Source: Spirochaetota bacterium (GTDB lineage: Bacteria; Spirochaetota; UBA4802; UBA5550). Taken from it: 49,196 bases of DNA. A model generated the notes under the pieces. The model had not been told where the DNA came from and ran no database searches. It saw only the letters and a list, made by a program, of their open reading frames with translations. This document shows, piece after piece, positions 9,872 through 18,113 of this stretch; position 1 is the first letter of the stretch; every line of letters begins with the position of its first letter. The stretch is taken from assembly GCA_050298055.1 (NCBI GenBank), contig JBNKTL010000038.1, positions 1 to 49,196 on the forward strand, read 5' to 3'. Made by a program: the position numbers and the translations under genes.

Positions 9872-11226
9872 AAATGCATTTTATCGGTATCGGCGGTATC
9901 GGGATGAGCGGAATTGCCGAGATACTGATTAATCTCGGCTACGAGGTGTCCGGTTCCGACCTGCATCTTTCCGATCAGACAAAGAGGATGGAGTCCCTGG
10001 GGGCAAAGGTGTATATCGGTCACTCTTCATCGAATATAAAGGACTACTCTGTTGTTATAACTTCCACGGCAATCGATCCCAGCAACCCGGAGATTGTTGA
10101 GGCCAGGAAAAAGAAGATCCCCATTATCCACCGATCGGAGATGCTCGCGGAGCTTGTGAGGCTCAAGCATGGTATCGGTGTTGCGGGGACGCACGGGAAG
10201 ACCACAACATCGTCCATCCTCTCCTATGTGCTTTACCACGGGGGGATTAATCCTACTGCTGTGATCGGCGGGAAGGTCTTCAATTTCGGGTCCAATGCCC
10301 GGACAGGAGAGGGGGAGTACCTGGTGTTTGAGGCCGATGAATCTGACGGGACATTTCTCAACCTGATGCCCACAATCGGGATCGTGACCAATATCGATGC
10401 GGACCACCTTGACCACTACAGGTATTTTGAAAATATTAAGGAAGCCTTTTTGAAGTATATGAACAGCATTCCCTTTTACGGGTACTCGGTCATCTGCATA
10501 GACGATGTTACGGTGCGTGAACTTATCCCCCGCATTGAAAGGCCGTTCTCCACCTACGGATTTTCAGAGGATGCCGATTTCCGGGCAACGGATGTTGAAG
10601 TTTCTGATGGGATTACAAGCTTCAATTGTTACTCTCACGGGAAGGACACCGGAAGGTATTCAATACGGCTCCTCGGCAGCCATAACGTAGTGAACGCGGT
10701 ATCGGTTATCGCGGTGGCAAGTGAACTGGGGCTGGATTATGAGGTTATCAAGGAAGGACTTTACGAATTCAGCGGTGTGGGCAGAAGGCTTGAGGTCATC
10801 GGCGAGGTAAACGGGATCAGGGTCTATGATGATTACGGCCATCACCCCACGGAGATAAGGGCGACACTGAAGGCGCTGAAGGATCTGGGAAGAAGGCTTG
10901 TTGTGGTCTTTCAGCCCCACAGGTATACGCGGACCGAACTTCTCTGGGATGAATTCGGACAGAGCTTCCCCAACGCCGACGTTCTTTTCATAACCGGTAT
11001 TTACCCGGCGGGAGAGAAACCCATCGAGGGTGTGAGTTCGGAACTTATCCGGGAATCGGTCATGAAGCATGAAAACCGGGATGTTAAGATCATACAGGCC
11101 CTTGAAGAGATACCGGAGAGTGTGGGGAAAATTCTGGAGGCGGGAGACATTGTCATTACCCTGGGTGCGGGGGATATCCATAAGTCGGGAAAGATGATCC
11201 TTGATTATTTGAGGGACAACGGATGA
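9853..11226 (+). CDS. murC: UDP-MurNAc--L-Ala ligase MurC
   Basis: HFIGIGGIGMSGIA, AGTHGKTTTS, EADESDG, DDYGHHPTEI, FQPHRYTRT; TTG start (ATG 9874 alternative). Confidence 0.96.
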   Translation: MFRKSIKMHFIGIGGIGMSGIAEILINLGYEVSGSDLHLSDQTKRMESLGAKVYIGHSSSNIKDYSVVITSTAIDPSNPEIVEARKKKIPIIHRSEMLAELVRLKHGIGVAGTHGKTTTSSILSYVLYHGGINPTAVIGGKVFNFGSNARTGEGEYLVFEADESDGTFLNLMPTIGIVTNIDADHLDHYRYFENIKEAFLKYMNSIPFYGYSVICIDDVTVRELIPRIERPFSTYGFSEDADFRATDVEVSDGITSFNCYSHGKDTGRYSIRLLGSHNVVNAVSVIAVASELGLDYEVIKEGLYEFSGVGRRLEVIGEVNGIRVYDDYGHHPTEIRATLKALKDLGRRLVVVFQPHRYTRTELLWDEFGQSFPNADVLFITGIYPAGEKPIEGVSSELIRESVMKHENRDVKIIQALEEIPESVGKILEAGDIVITLGAGDIHKSGKMILDYLRDNG

Positions 11227-11936
11227 GGATTCTCCTGAACATACTGCTTTCAGTTGCAGCTGTCTCTTTCGCGGTTGACACGGCCTTCTGCCTGGGCAAG
11301 AGACTGGTTGTGAAAGAGATTGAGTTCAGGGGCCTTGAAAATCTCTCAAAGTATGATCTGTTCAGAAATGTAAAAACAGAAGCGGTTTCCGGCGGGATAT
11401 CCCTGGATATCAGCGCCCTGGAAAAGAGCCTGGAATCAAATCCCCTGATAATAAGCCACGGGGTTGAACTGAAAGATAAAAGACTGGTCATTGCGGTTGT
11501 TGAGAAAAAACTTCTGACTCCTGTTGTGATAAAAGGAAAAGGGGAGTCCGTTCTCTACCTCCTGGACCATGAGTTCAGGAAGGTGGCCCGGAACAGGCTC
11601 TATTCGGTCCGGGGACCGGTCTTGGTTATTGATGAGAACTTAACCGGTAAATCGGGAATGTCAGGCTCCATACAAGAAATACTGGTTGTCCTGAATCGTT
11701 TGAGAATCCGGGAAAAAAATCTTTTCAGCCAGATATCGGAAATAAGCGTAATGAGAGACAGGACAGCCCGTGTGATAATGAAGGGGAGAAGGACCTGTTT
11801 CAGGATAAGGCCCGATTACAGGACATTCTCTCTGCTCGGGAAGATTACAGGATACCTTGACAGGACAGGTTCCTATCCTGAAAAAATGAAGATAATCGGT
11901 AACAGGGTTTTTTTCAGGCCCGAAAGGAAAAACTGA
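11223..11936 (+). CDS. ftsQ: Cell division protein FtsQ/DivIB-like (POTRA domain), divergent
   Basis: Lies between murC and ftsA; N-terminal hydrophobic segment followed by POTRA-like VKEIEFRGLENLS...LEKSLESNPLI...LVIAVVEK. Confidence 0.7.
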   Translation: MRILLNILLSVAAVSFAVDTAFCLGKRLVVKEIEFRGLENLSKYDLFRNVKTEAVSGGISLDISALEKSLESNPLIISHGVELKDKRLVIAVVEKKLLTPVVIKGKGESVLYLLDHEFRKVARNRLYSVRGPVLVIDENLTGKSGMSGSIQEILVVLNRLRIREKNLFSQISEISVMRDRTARVIMKGRRTCFRIRPDYRTFSLLGKITGYLDRTGSYPEKMKIIGNRVFFRPERKN

Positions 11937-11954
11937 TACTACCTGGAGAATGAT

Positions 11955-13178
11955 ATGGATGAGATCGTAGTAGGACTTGATATAGGAACAACAAAAACAT
12001 GCGCTGTTATCGGTTTTGAGAACGAGAACGGCCAGATCGAAATTGCCGGTGTGGGTGTGGCTCCATCCAGGGGAATGAAGAACGGCATCATTGTAAATAT
12101 TGATAATACTGTTTCATCAATTGAGAAGGCAATTGAAAACGCGGAATCCATGGCCCTGAGAGAAGTTACCTCCGTTGTTGCCGGGATAAGCGGAGAGCAT
12201 ATCCAGGGACAGAACTCCCGGGGGATTGTGGCAGTCACCAACCGCAACCGGACAATAGGAAGCTATGAAGTCAAAAAGGTCATCGAAGGGGCACAGGCCG
12301 TGGTGATACCGGTGGACAGGGAGATCATTCATGTTCTTTCCACCGACTTCGCGGTGGACGGTCAGTGGGGGATCAATGATCCCGTGGGAATGAGCGGTGT
12401 GAGGCTGGAAGCCGAAGTCCATATCGTTACCGCTTCTTCCACAAGCATACAGAACACCCTCAAGTCTATCAACAAGGGAGGATACCAGTGTGACGAGATA
12501 GTCTTTAATCCCCTTGCGTCCTCCGACGCGGTGCTGAGCAAGGAGGAGAAGGAGCTTGGGGTTGTTCTCGTCGATATTGGAAGCGGGACTACCGACATAG
12601 TGGTATTCATGAACGGCGGTGTTGTCTACACCAATGTACTCAAGGTGGGCGGAATGCACGTGACCAATGATATTTCCGAGGGACTCAAATGCCCTCTGGA
12701 TTCGGCTGAAATGATCAAGAGGAAGCATGGATGCGCGGTAATCGACCTGGTTGATCCTTCGGAGATGATCGAGGTCCCCTCGGTGGGAGGAAGGGCTCCC
12801 CGGAGTCTCTTCAAACAGGAACTGACACAGATTATTGAACCGAGGATGACCGAGATCATGGATATGGTTGACCAGGAACTTATGAAGAGCGGGGTCAAGG
12901 GAAGGCTCAGGGCGGGGGTGGTCCTCTCGGGTGGGGGATGCATGATAGAAGGATGCATCGAGGTAACAGAGAAGGTTATCAATGTTCCCGTTAAGATCGG
13001 TGTGCCCGGGGATATAACAGGTCTTGATAAGGAGGTTGCGACACCGCAGTACGCCACCGGTGTGGGACTCCTTAAGTATGGTATAAGGTTAAAGAGATTC
13101 CGGGATTCATCACGGTACAGCAGAAAAGGTCCGGGTGTAATTGCCAGGATCAAAAAATGGCTGGAAGATTACCTTTAA
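11955..13178 (+). CDS. ftsA: Cell division protein FtsA
   Basis: GLDIGTTK, PVGMSGVRLEAEVHIVT, VDIGSGTTD, VVLSGGG, YATGVGL, C-terminal amphipathic helix IKKWLEDYL. Confidence 0.97.
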   Translation: MDEIVVGLDIGTTKTCAVIGFENENGQIEIAGVGVAPSRGMKNGIIVNIDNTVSSIEKAIENAESMALREVTSVVAGISGEHIQGQNSRGIVAVTNRNRTIGSYEVKKVIEGAQAVVIPVDREIIHVLSTDFAVDGQWGINDPVGMSGVRLEAEVHIVTASSTSIQNTLKSINKGGYQCDEIVFNPLASSDAVLSKEEKELGVVLVDIGSGTTDIVVFMNGGVVYTNVLKVGGMHVTNDISEGLKCPLDSAEMIKRKHGCAVIDLVDPSEMIEVPSVGGRAPRSLFKQELTQIIEPRMTEIMDMVDQELMKSGVKGRLRAGVVLSGGGCMIEGCIEVTEKVINVPVKIGVPGDITGLDKEVATPQYATGVGLLKYGIRLKRFRDSSRYSRKGPGVIARIKKWLEDYL

Positions 13179-13206
13179 GATAATCTTCCGGTATATAAAA
13201 AAGTTG

Positions 13207-13244
13207 TTGCTAATGCGACATAATATATTATAATGCGACATAAT
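13207..13244 (+). promoter_or_regulatory. Putative sigma70 promoter for ftsZ overlapped by a 14-bp direct repeat
   Basis: TTGCTA (13207-13212), 16 nt, TATAAT (13229-13234); TAATGCGACATAAT at 13211-13224 and 13231-13244. Confidence 0.6.
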
Positions 13245-13259
13245 TAGACAGGGGGGAAT

Positions 13260-14417
13260 ATGTTTCGATTAGAAGAAGAAAGGCCTATGTCTACCGTAAT
13301 TAAGGTAGTTGGTGTTGGAGGAGCCGGAACCAACGCCGTGAACAGAATGATTGCAACCGGTATGGAGGGAGTGGAGTTTATCGTAGTAAATACCGACAGC
13401 CAGCAGCTTGCTGACAGCCTTGCTCCCGTGAAGATCCAGATCGGCAACAAGCTCACAAGGGGGCTCGGGGCCGGCGCCAATCCGGACATTGGAAGAGAGG
13501 CCGCAAATGAGGACAGGGACAAGATCCAGAAAGCACTGAAGGGAGCGGACATGGTCTTCATTACCGCGGGTATGGGCGGAGGCACCGGGACCGGCGCAGC
13601 GCCTGTTGTTGCCGATGCCGCCAAAGAGCAGAAGGCGCTCACCGTGGGCGTAGTCACAAAGCCGTTCCGGGCCGAGGGAAAGAGAAGAATGAACCAGGCA
13701 CTGGACGGGATAACAAACATGAAGGACAAAGTTGATACGCTGATCACTATCCCCAATGACCTTCTCCTGAAGATCATTGACAGGAAGACACCCATCGATG
13801 AGGCCTTCAAGCTCGCCGATGACATCCTGAGACAGGGTGTGCAGGGGATAGCGGATCTTATCATGGTTACCGGGCTGGTGAATGTTGACTTTGCCGATGT
13901 AAGAACTGTGATGAAGGAGACGGGTGACGCCCTTATGGGAGTGGGTCTGGGTATCGGCGAGAACAAGGCCATGGAGGCCACAGAGATGGCCATTAACAGC
14001 CCTCTCCTGGAAGAGTGCAGTATTGAAGGATCAAAGGCGGTCCTGATAAATATAGCGGGAGGGAATGACCTTTCTCTCCATGAGGTCCATGAGGTAACCG
14101 ATAAGATCACCCAGCAGGTTGATCCCGACGCAAATATTATCTTTGGTACCACAATTGATGCCGCCCTTGATGACAAGGTACGGGTCACTGTTATTGCAAC
14201 CGGGTTTGACAAGAAGAGGAACATGCTCGCAAAGCACAGCGCGGGTATAAGTGAACCGGACCAGAATACAGGTCCCTCTGTGACCCTTATAGAAGGCAAC
14301 CGGGAAGAGTCTCATGAAAAACAGTCGAGAAAATCACAGGTCTTTACACTGAAGCGTAAAGACTATGCGAATGTTGATCTTAATATACCCACATTCCTGA
14401 GAGAAGGAATGGAGTAG
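13260..14417 (+). CDS. ftsZ: Cell division protein FtsZ
   Basis: [22 protein letters not shown] tubulin signature, NVDFADV, C-terminal core DLNIPTFLR. Confidence 0.98.
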   Translation: MFRLEEERPMSTVIKVVGVGGAGTNAVNRMIATGMEGVEFIVVNTDSQQLADSLAPVKIQIGNKLTRGLGAGANPDIGREAANEDRDKIQKALKGADMVFITAGMGGGTGTGAAPVVADAAKEQKALTVGVVTKPFRAEGKRRMNQALDGITNMKDKVDTLITIPNDLLLKIIDRKTPIDEAFKLADDILRQGVQGIADLIMVTGLVNVDFADVRTVMKETGDALMGVGLGIGENKAMEATEMAINSPLLEECSIEGSKAVLINIAGGNDLSLHEVHEVTDKITQQVDPDANIIFGTTIDAALDDKVRVTVIATGFDKKRNMLAKHSAGISEPDQNTGPSVTLIEGNREESHEKQSRKSQVFTLKRKDYANVDLNIPTFLREGME

Positions 14418-14439
14418 CGGAACAACCTCCCTGTTCCCC

Positions 14440-14476
14440 CCGGGGTACACACTGCTGTACCCCGGAACTGTTTTTC
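14440..14476 (+). terminator. Putative intrinsic terminator after ftsZ
   Basis: Stem CCGGGGTACA / TGTACCCCGG (14440-14465) with 6-nt loop, followed by AACTGTTTTT. Confidence 0.55.
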
Positions 14477-14501
14477 TCAGGGAAGCAGGTTCCCGGCTGT
14501 T

Positions 14502-15521
14502 ATGAACAGAGAAGATATTCCCCGGGAGTTTCTCGATTTTGTCGAGGGGTTTGCCGGACATGAATGTGATATTCAGAAACTTGCGGGTGACGCGTCCAAC
14601 AGGATCTACTACCGTGTTGATGCGGGAAAGAAAAGATGGATACTCTGCCACGATGAATCATACGGTTCCCTCACTGAAAAAAACTACTCCTTTCTTATCC
14701 TCCACAGATTATTTAAAGAGAAGGGCATCCCGGTGCCGGAAATATCCGCCGCTGACCCGGAACGGGGACTCCTGCTTCTGGAAGACCTGGGTGACAAACT
14801 TCTTCAGTACCTGGTTTCCGGACTTTCTCCTTCCGGGAAAAGAGAAATCTATGAAAAAACAATCGATTTCCTGATAAAAATCCAGAGCATCAGGGGAAAA
14901 GGAGAAATCCCTTTCGGACTGGCGTTTGATGCTGAAAAGCTTATGTATGAATTCCGGTTCTTTGTTACCCATACCCTTGCAGGATATATGGGGGTGGATC
15001 TCCCGGAAACTCTCCGCGGGGAACTCCTCTCCGAGTTTGAAAAGATATCAGGTATACTGAACAGGCCGGACTACTTTGTCCTCAACCACAGGGACTTCCA
15101 TTCCCGGAACATCATTCACTTCAATGAAGGTCTTTACTTTATCGACTTCCAGGACGCCCGGATGGGGCTGCCCCAGTACGACCTGGCCTCGCTCCTCAGG
15201 GACTCCTATACGGTCCTTGAAACCAGCGAGGTTGAACATCTGAAGGAATACTATTACACGCAAAGCAAAGCTGCCGGTATACAGAATATGGAGCGGGATG
15301 AATTTAACTTCCTCTTTGACCTCTCTTCTTTCCAGAGAAATGTAAAGGCCATGGGGAGTTTCGGGTTCCATGCCCATGTAAATGGCAAGAAGTTCTATGC
15401 GGATTTTATTACTCCCGCTCTTAAATATATTGAGGATTCTGTACACAGGCGGGATGAACTGAAAACTGCCGGGAAGATACTGAAAGATCTAATACCCTCA
15501 AAATATTATATTGTAAGATGA
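14502..15521 (+). CDS. APH-family phosphotransferase, AmgK-like anomeric MurNAc/GlcNAc kinase
   Basis: LAGDASNRIYYRV, LLLEDLGD, HRDFHSRNI, IDFQDARMG..YDLASLLRD, QRNVKAMG. Confidence 0.8.
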   Translation: MNREDIPREFLDFVEGFAGHECDIQKLAGDASNRIYYRVDAGKKRWILCHDESYGSLTEKNYSFLILHRLFKEKGIPVPEISAADPERGLLLLEDLGDKLLQYLVSGLSPSGKREIYEKTIDFLIKIQSIRGKGEIPFGLAFDAEKLMYEFRFFVTHTLAGYMGVDLPETLRGELLSEFEKISGILNRPDYFVLNHRDFHSRNIIHFNEGLYFIDFQDARMGLPQYDLASLLRDSYTVLETSEVEHLKEYYYTQSKAAGIQNMERDEFNFLFDLSSFQRNVKAMGSFGFHAHVNGKKFYADFITPALKYIEDSVHRRDELKTAGKILKDLIPSKYYIVR

Positions 15522-15534
15522 GATGAAAAATTGT

Positions 15535-15777
15535 TCATGATGCTTTGATATCATAGGGAAAACTTTCGAAGTTGGATAGCTGACTTCCCAATGAAAGGGC
15601 TGCTAATACATCTTCTTTAGTAATATTTGGGTAATCCTCTAATACATTGTCTATGGATTCACCTGAAGCAAGTGAACCTAATATATTGATTACCAGTACC
15701 CGTGTTCCTTTTATTACCGGTTTCCCATGACAAATGTTCGGGTCTATTTGAATTCTTTCTATCATTATTACCTGCAT
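15535..15777 (-). CDS. DUF433 family protein (putative antitoxin), orphan
   Basis: RIQIDPNICHGKPVIKGTRV...LEDYPNITKEDVLAAL; AT-rich; start could be ATG 15765. Confidence 0.88.
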   Translation of the reverse strand: MQVIMIERIQIDPNICHGKPVIKGTRVLVINILGSLASGESIDNVLEDYPNITKEDVLAALSLGSQLSNFESFPYDIKAS

Positions 15778-15944
15778 TAATTTTTTATTATTAATATAGT
15801 AATTTTAACAAAGTGTTTTGTCAATAATTAATTTTAACAACACATACTGTAAAGTACCTTCATGAGGGGGTCTTGATGAGACTTTTTGTTATGAATTATC
15901 ATATTCATTAAAAACTTTAGTAAACAGGTTATTGAGAGCCATAT

Positions 15945-15958
15945 AGCTGAGCAGTAAC
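15945..15958. repeat. Isolated terminal repeat AGCTGAGCAGTAAC of the MITE-like family
   Basis: Its reverse complement matches TTACTGCTCAGCT at 21360-21372 over 13 bp. Confidence 0.45.
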
Positions 15959-16098
15959 GAAAAAAAAATTGATTTCTCATGATATAATTTTCCAAATAAA
16001 ACCTTGAAATAATTACCCTATAAAAATAAAAAATAATTTGCGAATAATCAGGCCATGCAGGTGCAGATAGAGAGAAAGGTAATTATTGGGAGTATTTC

Positions 16099-17892
16099 AT
16101 GAATAGCAAGAAAATATCAATTTTACAATTTACACTTTCATTGGAGATTATCGCCCATGCTTTTCCTGTGGTACTGCTGGTATATTATATCCTCATTGCC
16201 GGAAATTATTTTGACGCATTACCTGTTTATTTAACCGGTGTATCAATTGGCGCAGTGGCAAACATATTCGCGGCTGTTGTTATGAGATGGCTTAAACTGA
16301 ATAATGTAATAGCCGCATTAAAGAGTGATGAAAAACTTGATGACGAAACATTAAGGGATTACAAATTAAAATTACTCTTACAGCCCCGTTTTGAAGCTAA
16401 ATCCATGCTGCTGCGTTATCCCGTAGGTGTTGGTGTTGCCACACTGGTAATAGCAGTTTTTGGAGAAATGACTCAATTGAGGCTTATCATTGCGGCAATT
16501 GGCGGGCTTATGCTTATCCCCATTACTGCCGCTTTTTTTATGTTCCAGTCTGAACTCTTTTTGTCAAAATTTCTCAAAGAGCCCCGCCTGGCATCGGTTT
16601 TAATTGAAAAAAATTTATATCGTCCTGTTCATATTTTCCCCAAGCTGGTTTTTGCTCTCATTTCAATACTCATTCCACCGCTTACAATTTTTATATCTTT
16701 TCTTGTTTTGACAGACGCAGGTCTTTTGCATCTTGGAAACCAGGTTTTTCACTTTGCGATAATTGTTTTTATAACTCTGGGAACATGTGTTATGACCGCG
16801 TATTTTTTAGCTCAATCAATAAAAAGGACCGTGTCGGACATTGAGACATCCCTTGACTCTCTAGCCCGGGGAGATTTGAGAACAGAATTTATCCCCATGA
16901 CAACTACAGACGAGATGGCGTCAATGAGTGTATCAATGAATTTGCTTATGGTCCGCATTCGTTCAGTTTTATCATTGATTCAGGGCATGTCCTCCGAATT
17001 AAGTTATTCTTCTAAAGAAATGGCAGGTGCGGCGGATAATTTTTCCATTCAGAGCCAGACAACTGCGGCAACAGTGGAACAGATTTCCACTTCCCTTGAA
17101 GCGATATTTTCCGGTATTGATAAGATATATGAAAATATTGAATATCAGCATCGACGCACTCAAGTCCTTATTGATAATATAAAAAAACTTTATGCTATTG
17201 TTGAAGAAGAGGGAAGTGAAATGCTCAAGGCAATGAGTGTGAAAGATGGATTGGATACCAATATCGAAGATGTAAAAAAGAAGATAAGTGAGACTATGCA
17301 ATTAATGAAGACCGCGGCAGCTGACGCGGGGCACATGCTGGATTATACGGGCCTGATAAATGATATTTCTGAAAGGACTAACCTCCTGAGCCTGAATGCG
17401 GCAATCGAGGCTGCCCGGGCAGGTGAGTCTGGCAGAGGTTTTGCTGTGGTTGCGGACGAGATAGGCAAATTGGCGGAACAAGCAGGGGAAAATACAAAGA
17501 GTATATCAGAACTCATCAAGGTAACCGACACAAGTATGGATAAATCTTCAGTTTCCCTGAATGAGGCAATTGTGGGTATTGAAATGTTCTTTGAGGGGCT
17601 CAATGTCTTCGCCGGTTCTGTCGGCCGTGTTGGTGAGCTGACCCGTAAAAACAGGGAAATCAATAATGTTCTTAAAGATGATGCGGAACATTTTTTACAG
17701 AGGGCCGATGAAATTCTGGTATCTATGGAGGAACAGAAAAAAGCTGTTACCGAAATTGTTACATCAATTGCTAATATCAATGATGCTGCCCAGAATACAT
17801 CTGCCTCAAGTGAAGAATTATCAGCATCCACCGAAAATATCGCAGATAATGCTGATAAATTGAGAAGTGAAGTGGAATTCTTTAAGTTTTAG
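16099..17892 (+). CDS. Methyl-accepting chemotaxis protein with multi-TM N-terminus and HAMP domain
   Basis: [33 protein letters not shown] signalling hairpin; about 6 hydrophobic segments; HAMP-like LARGDL...DEMASM. Confidence 0.95.
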   Translation: MNSKKISILQFTLSLEIIAHAFPVVLLVYYILIAGNYFDALPVYLTGVSIGAVANIFAAVVMRWLKLNNVIAALKSDEKLDDETLRDYKLKLLLQPRFEAKSMLLRYPVGVGVATLVIAVFGEMTQLRLIIAAIGGLMLIPITAAFFMFQSELFLSKFLKEPRLASVLIEKNLYRPVHIFPKLVFALISILIPPLTIFISFLVLTDAGLLHLGNQVFHFAIIVFITLGTCVMTAYFLAQSIKRTVSDIETSLDSLARGDLRTEFIPMTTTDEMASMSVSMNLLMVRIRSVLSLIQGMSSELSYSSKEMAGAADNFSIQSQTTAATVEQISTSLEAIFSGIDKIYENIEYQHRRTQVLIDNIKKLYAIVEEEGSEMLKAMSVKDGLDTNIEDVKKKISETMQLMKTAAADAGHMLDYTGLINDISERTNLLSLNAAIEAARAGESGRGFAVVADEIGKLAEQAGENTKSISELIKVTDTSMDKSSVSLNEAIVGIEMFFEGLNVFAGSVGRVGELTRKNREINNVLKDDAEHFLQRADEILVSMEEQKKAVTEIVTSIANINDAAQNTSASSEELSASTENIADNADKLRSEVEFFKF

Positions 17893-17898
17893 TTCATT

Positions 17899-17929
17899 AA
17901 AAAAGCGGCTGCAAAAAAAGCCGCTTTTT
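17899..17929 (+). terminator. Bidirectional intrinsic terminator
   Basis: AAAAAAGCGGCT-gcaaaaaa-AGCCGCTTTTT just after the MCP stop. Confidence 0.85.
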
Positions 17930-18022
17930 CTCAAAAAATAATGCTCTGAGCAACTAAATTTCACCTCAAAACTCATTGCCCAGAGCAACCTGTAAATAAC
18001 AAAAATATTCTCGTGCTGAGCC

Positions 18023-18102
18023 CGCGTGATTTTGTACTAATAAGATTTTCTTAATACTGGGATATTCCAGCAGTTAACCAATCATGATTAGTAAAAATCA
18101 CG
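18023..18102. repeat. About 80-bp imperfect nested palindrome
   Basis: Outer arms GCGTGATTTTGTACTAAT / ATTAGTAAAAATCACGC; inner arms TTAATACTGGGATATTCCAGCAGTTAA. Confidence 0.6.
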
Positions 18103-18113
18103 CAGTCGAAGTA

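Noticed and set aside
13244..14299. 351-aa antisense ORF over ftsZ, and the many other antisense or alternate-frame ORFs in the track
   Set aside because: Shadow ORFs of well-supported genes caused by codon bias; no motifs or RBS
16021..16047. Sigma28-like promoter TAAA-N15-GCGAATAA upstream of the MCP
   Set aside because: Two mismatches in the -10 box within very AT-rich DNA; not distinguishable from chance
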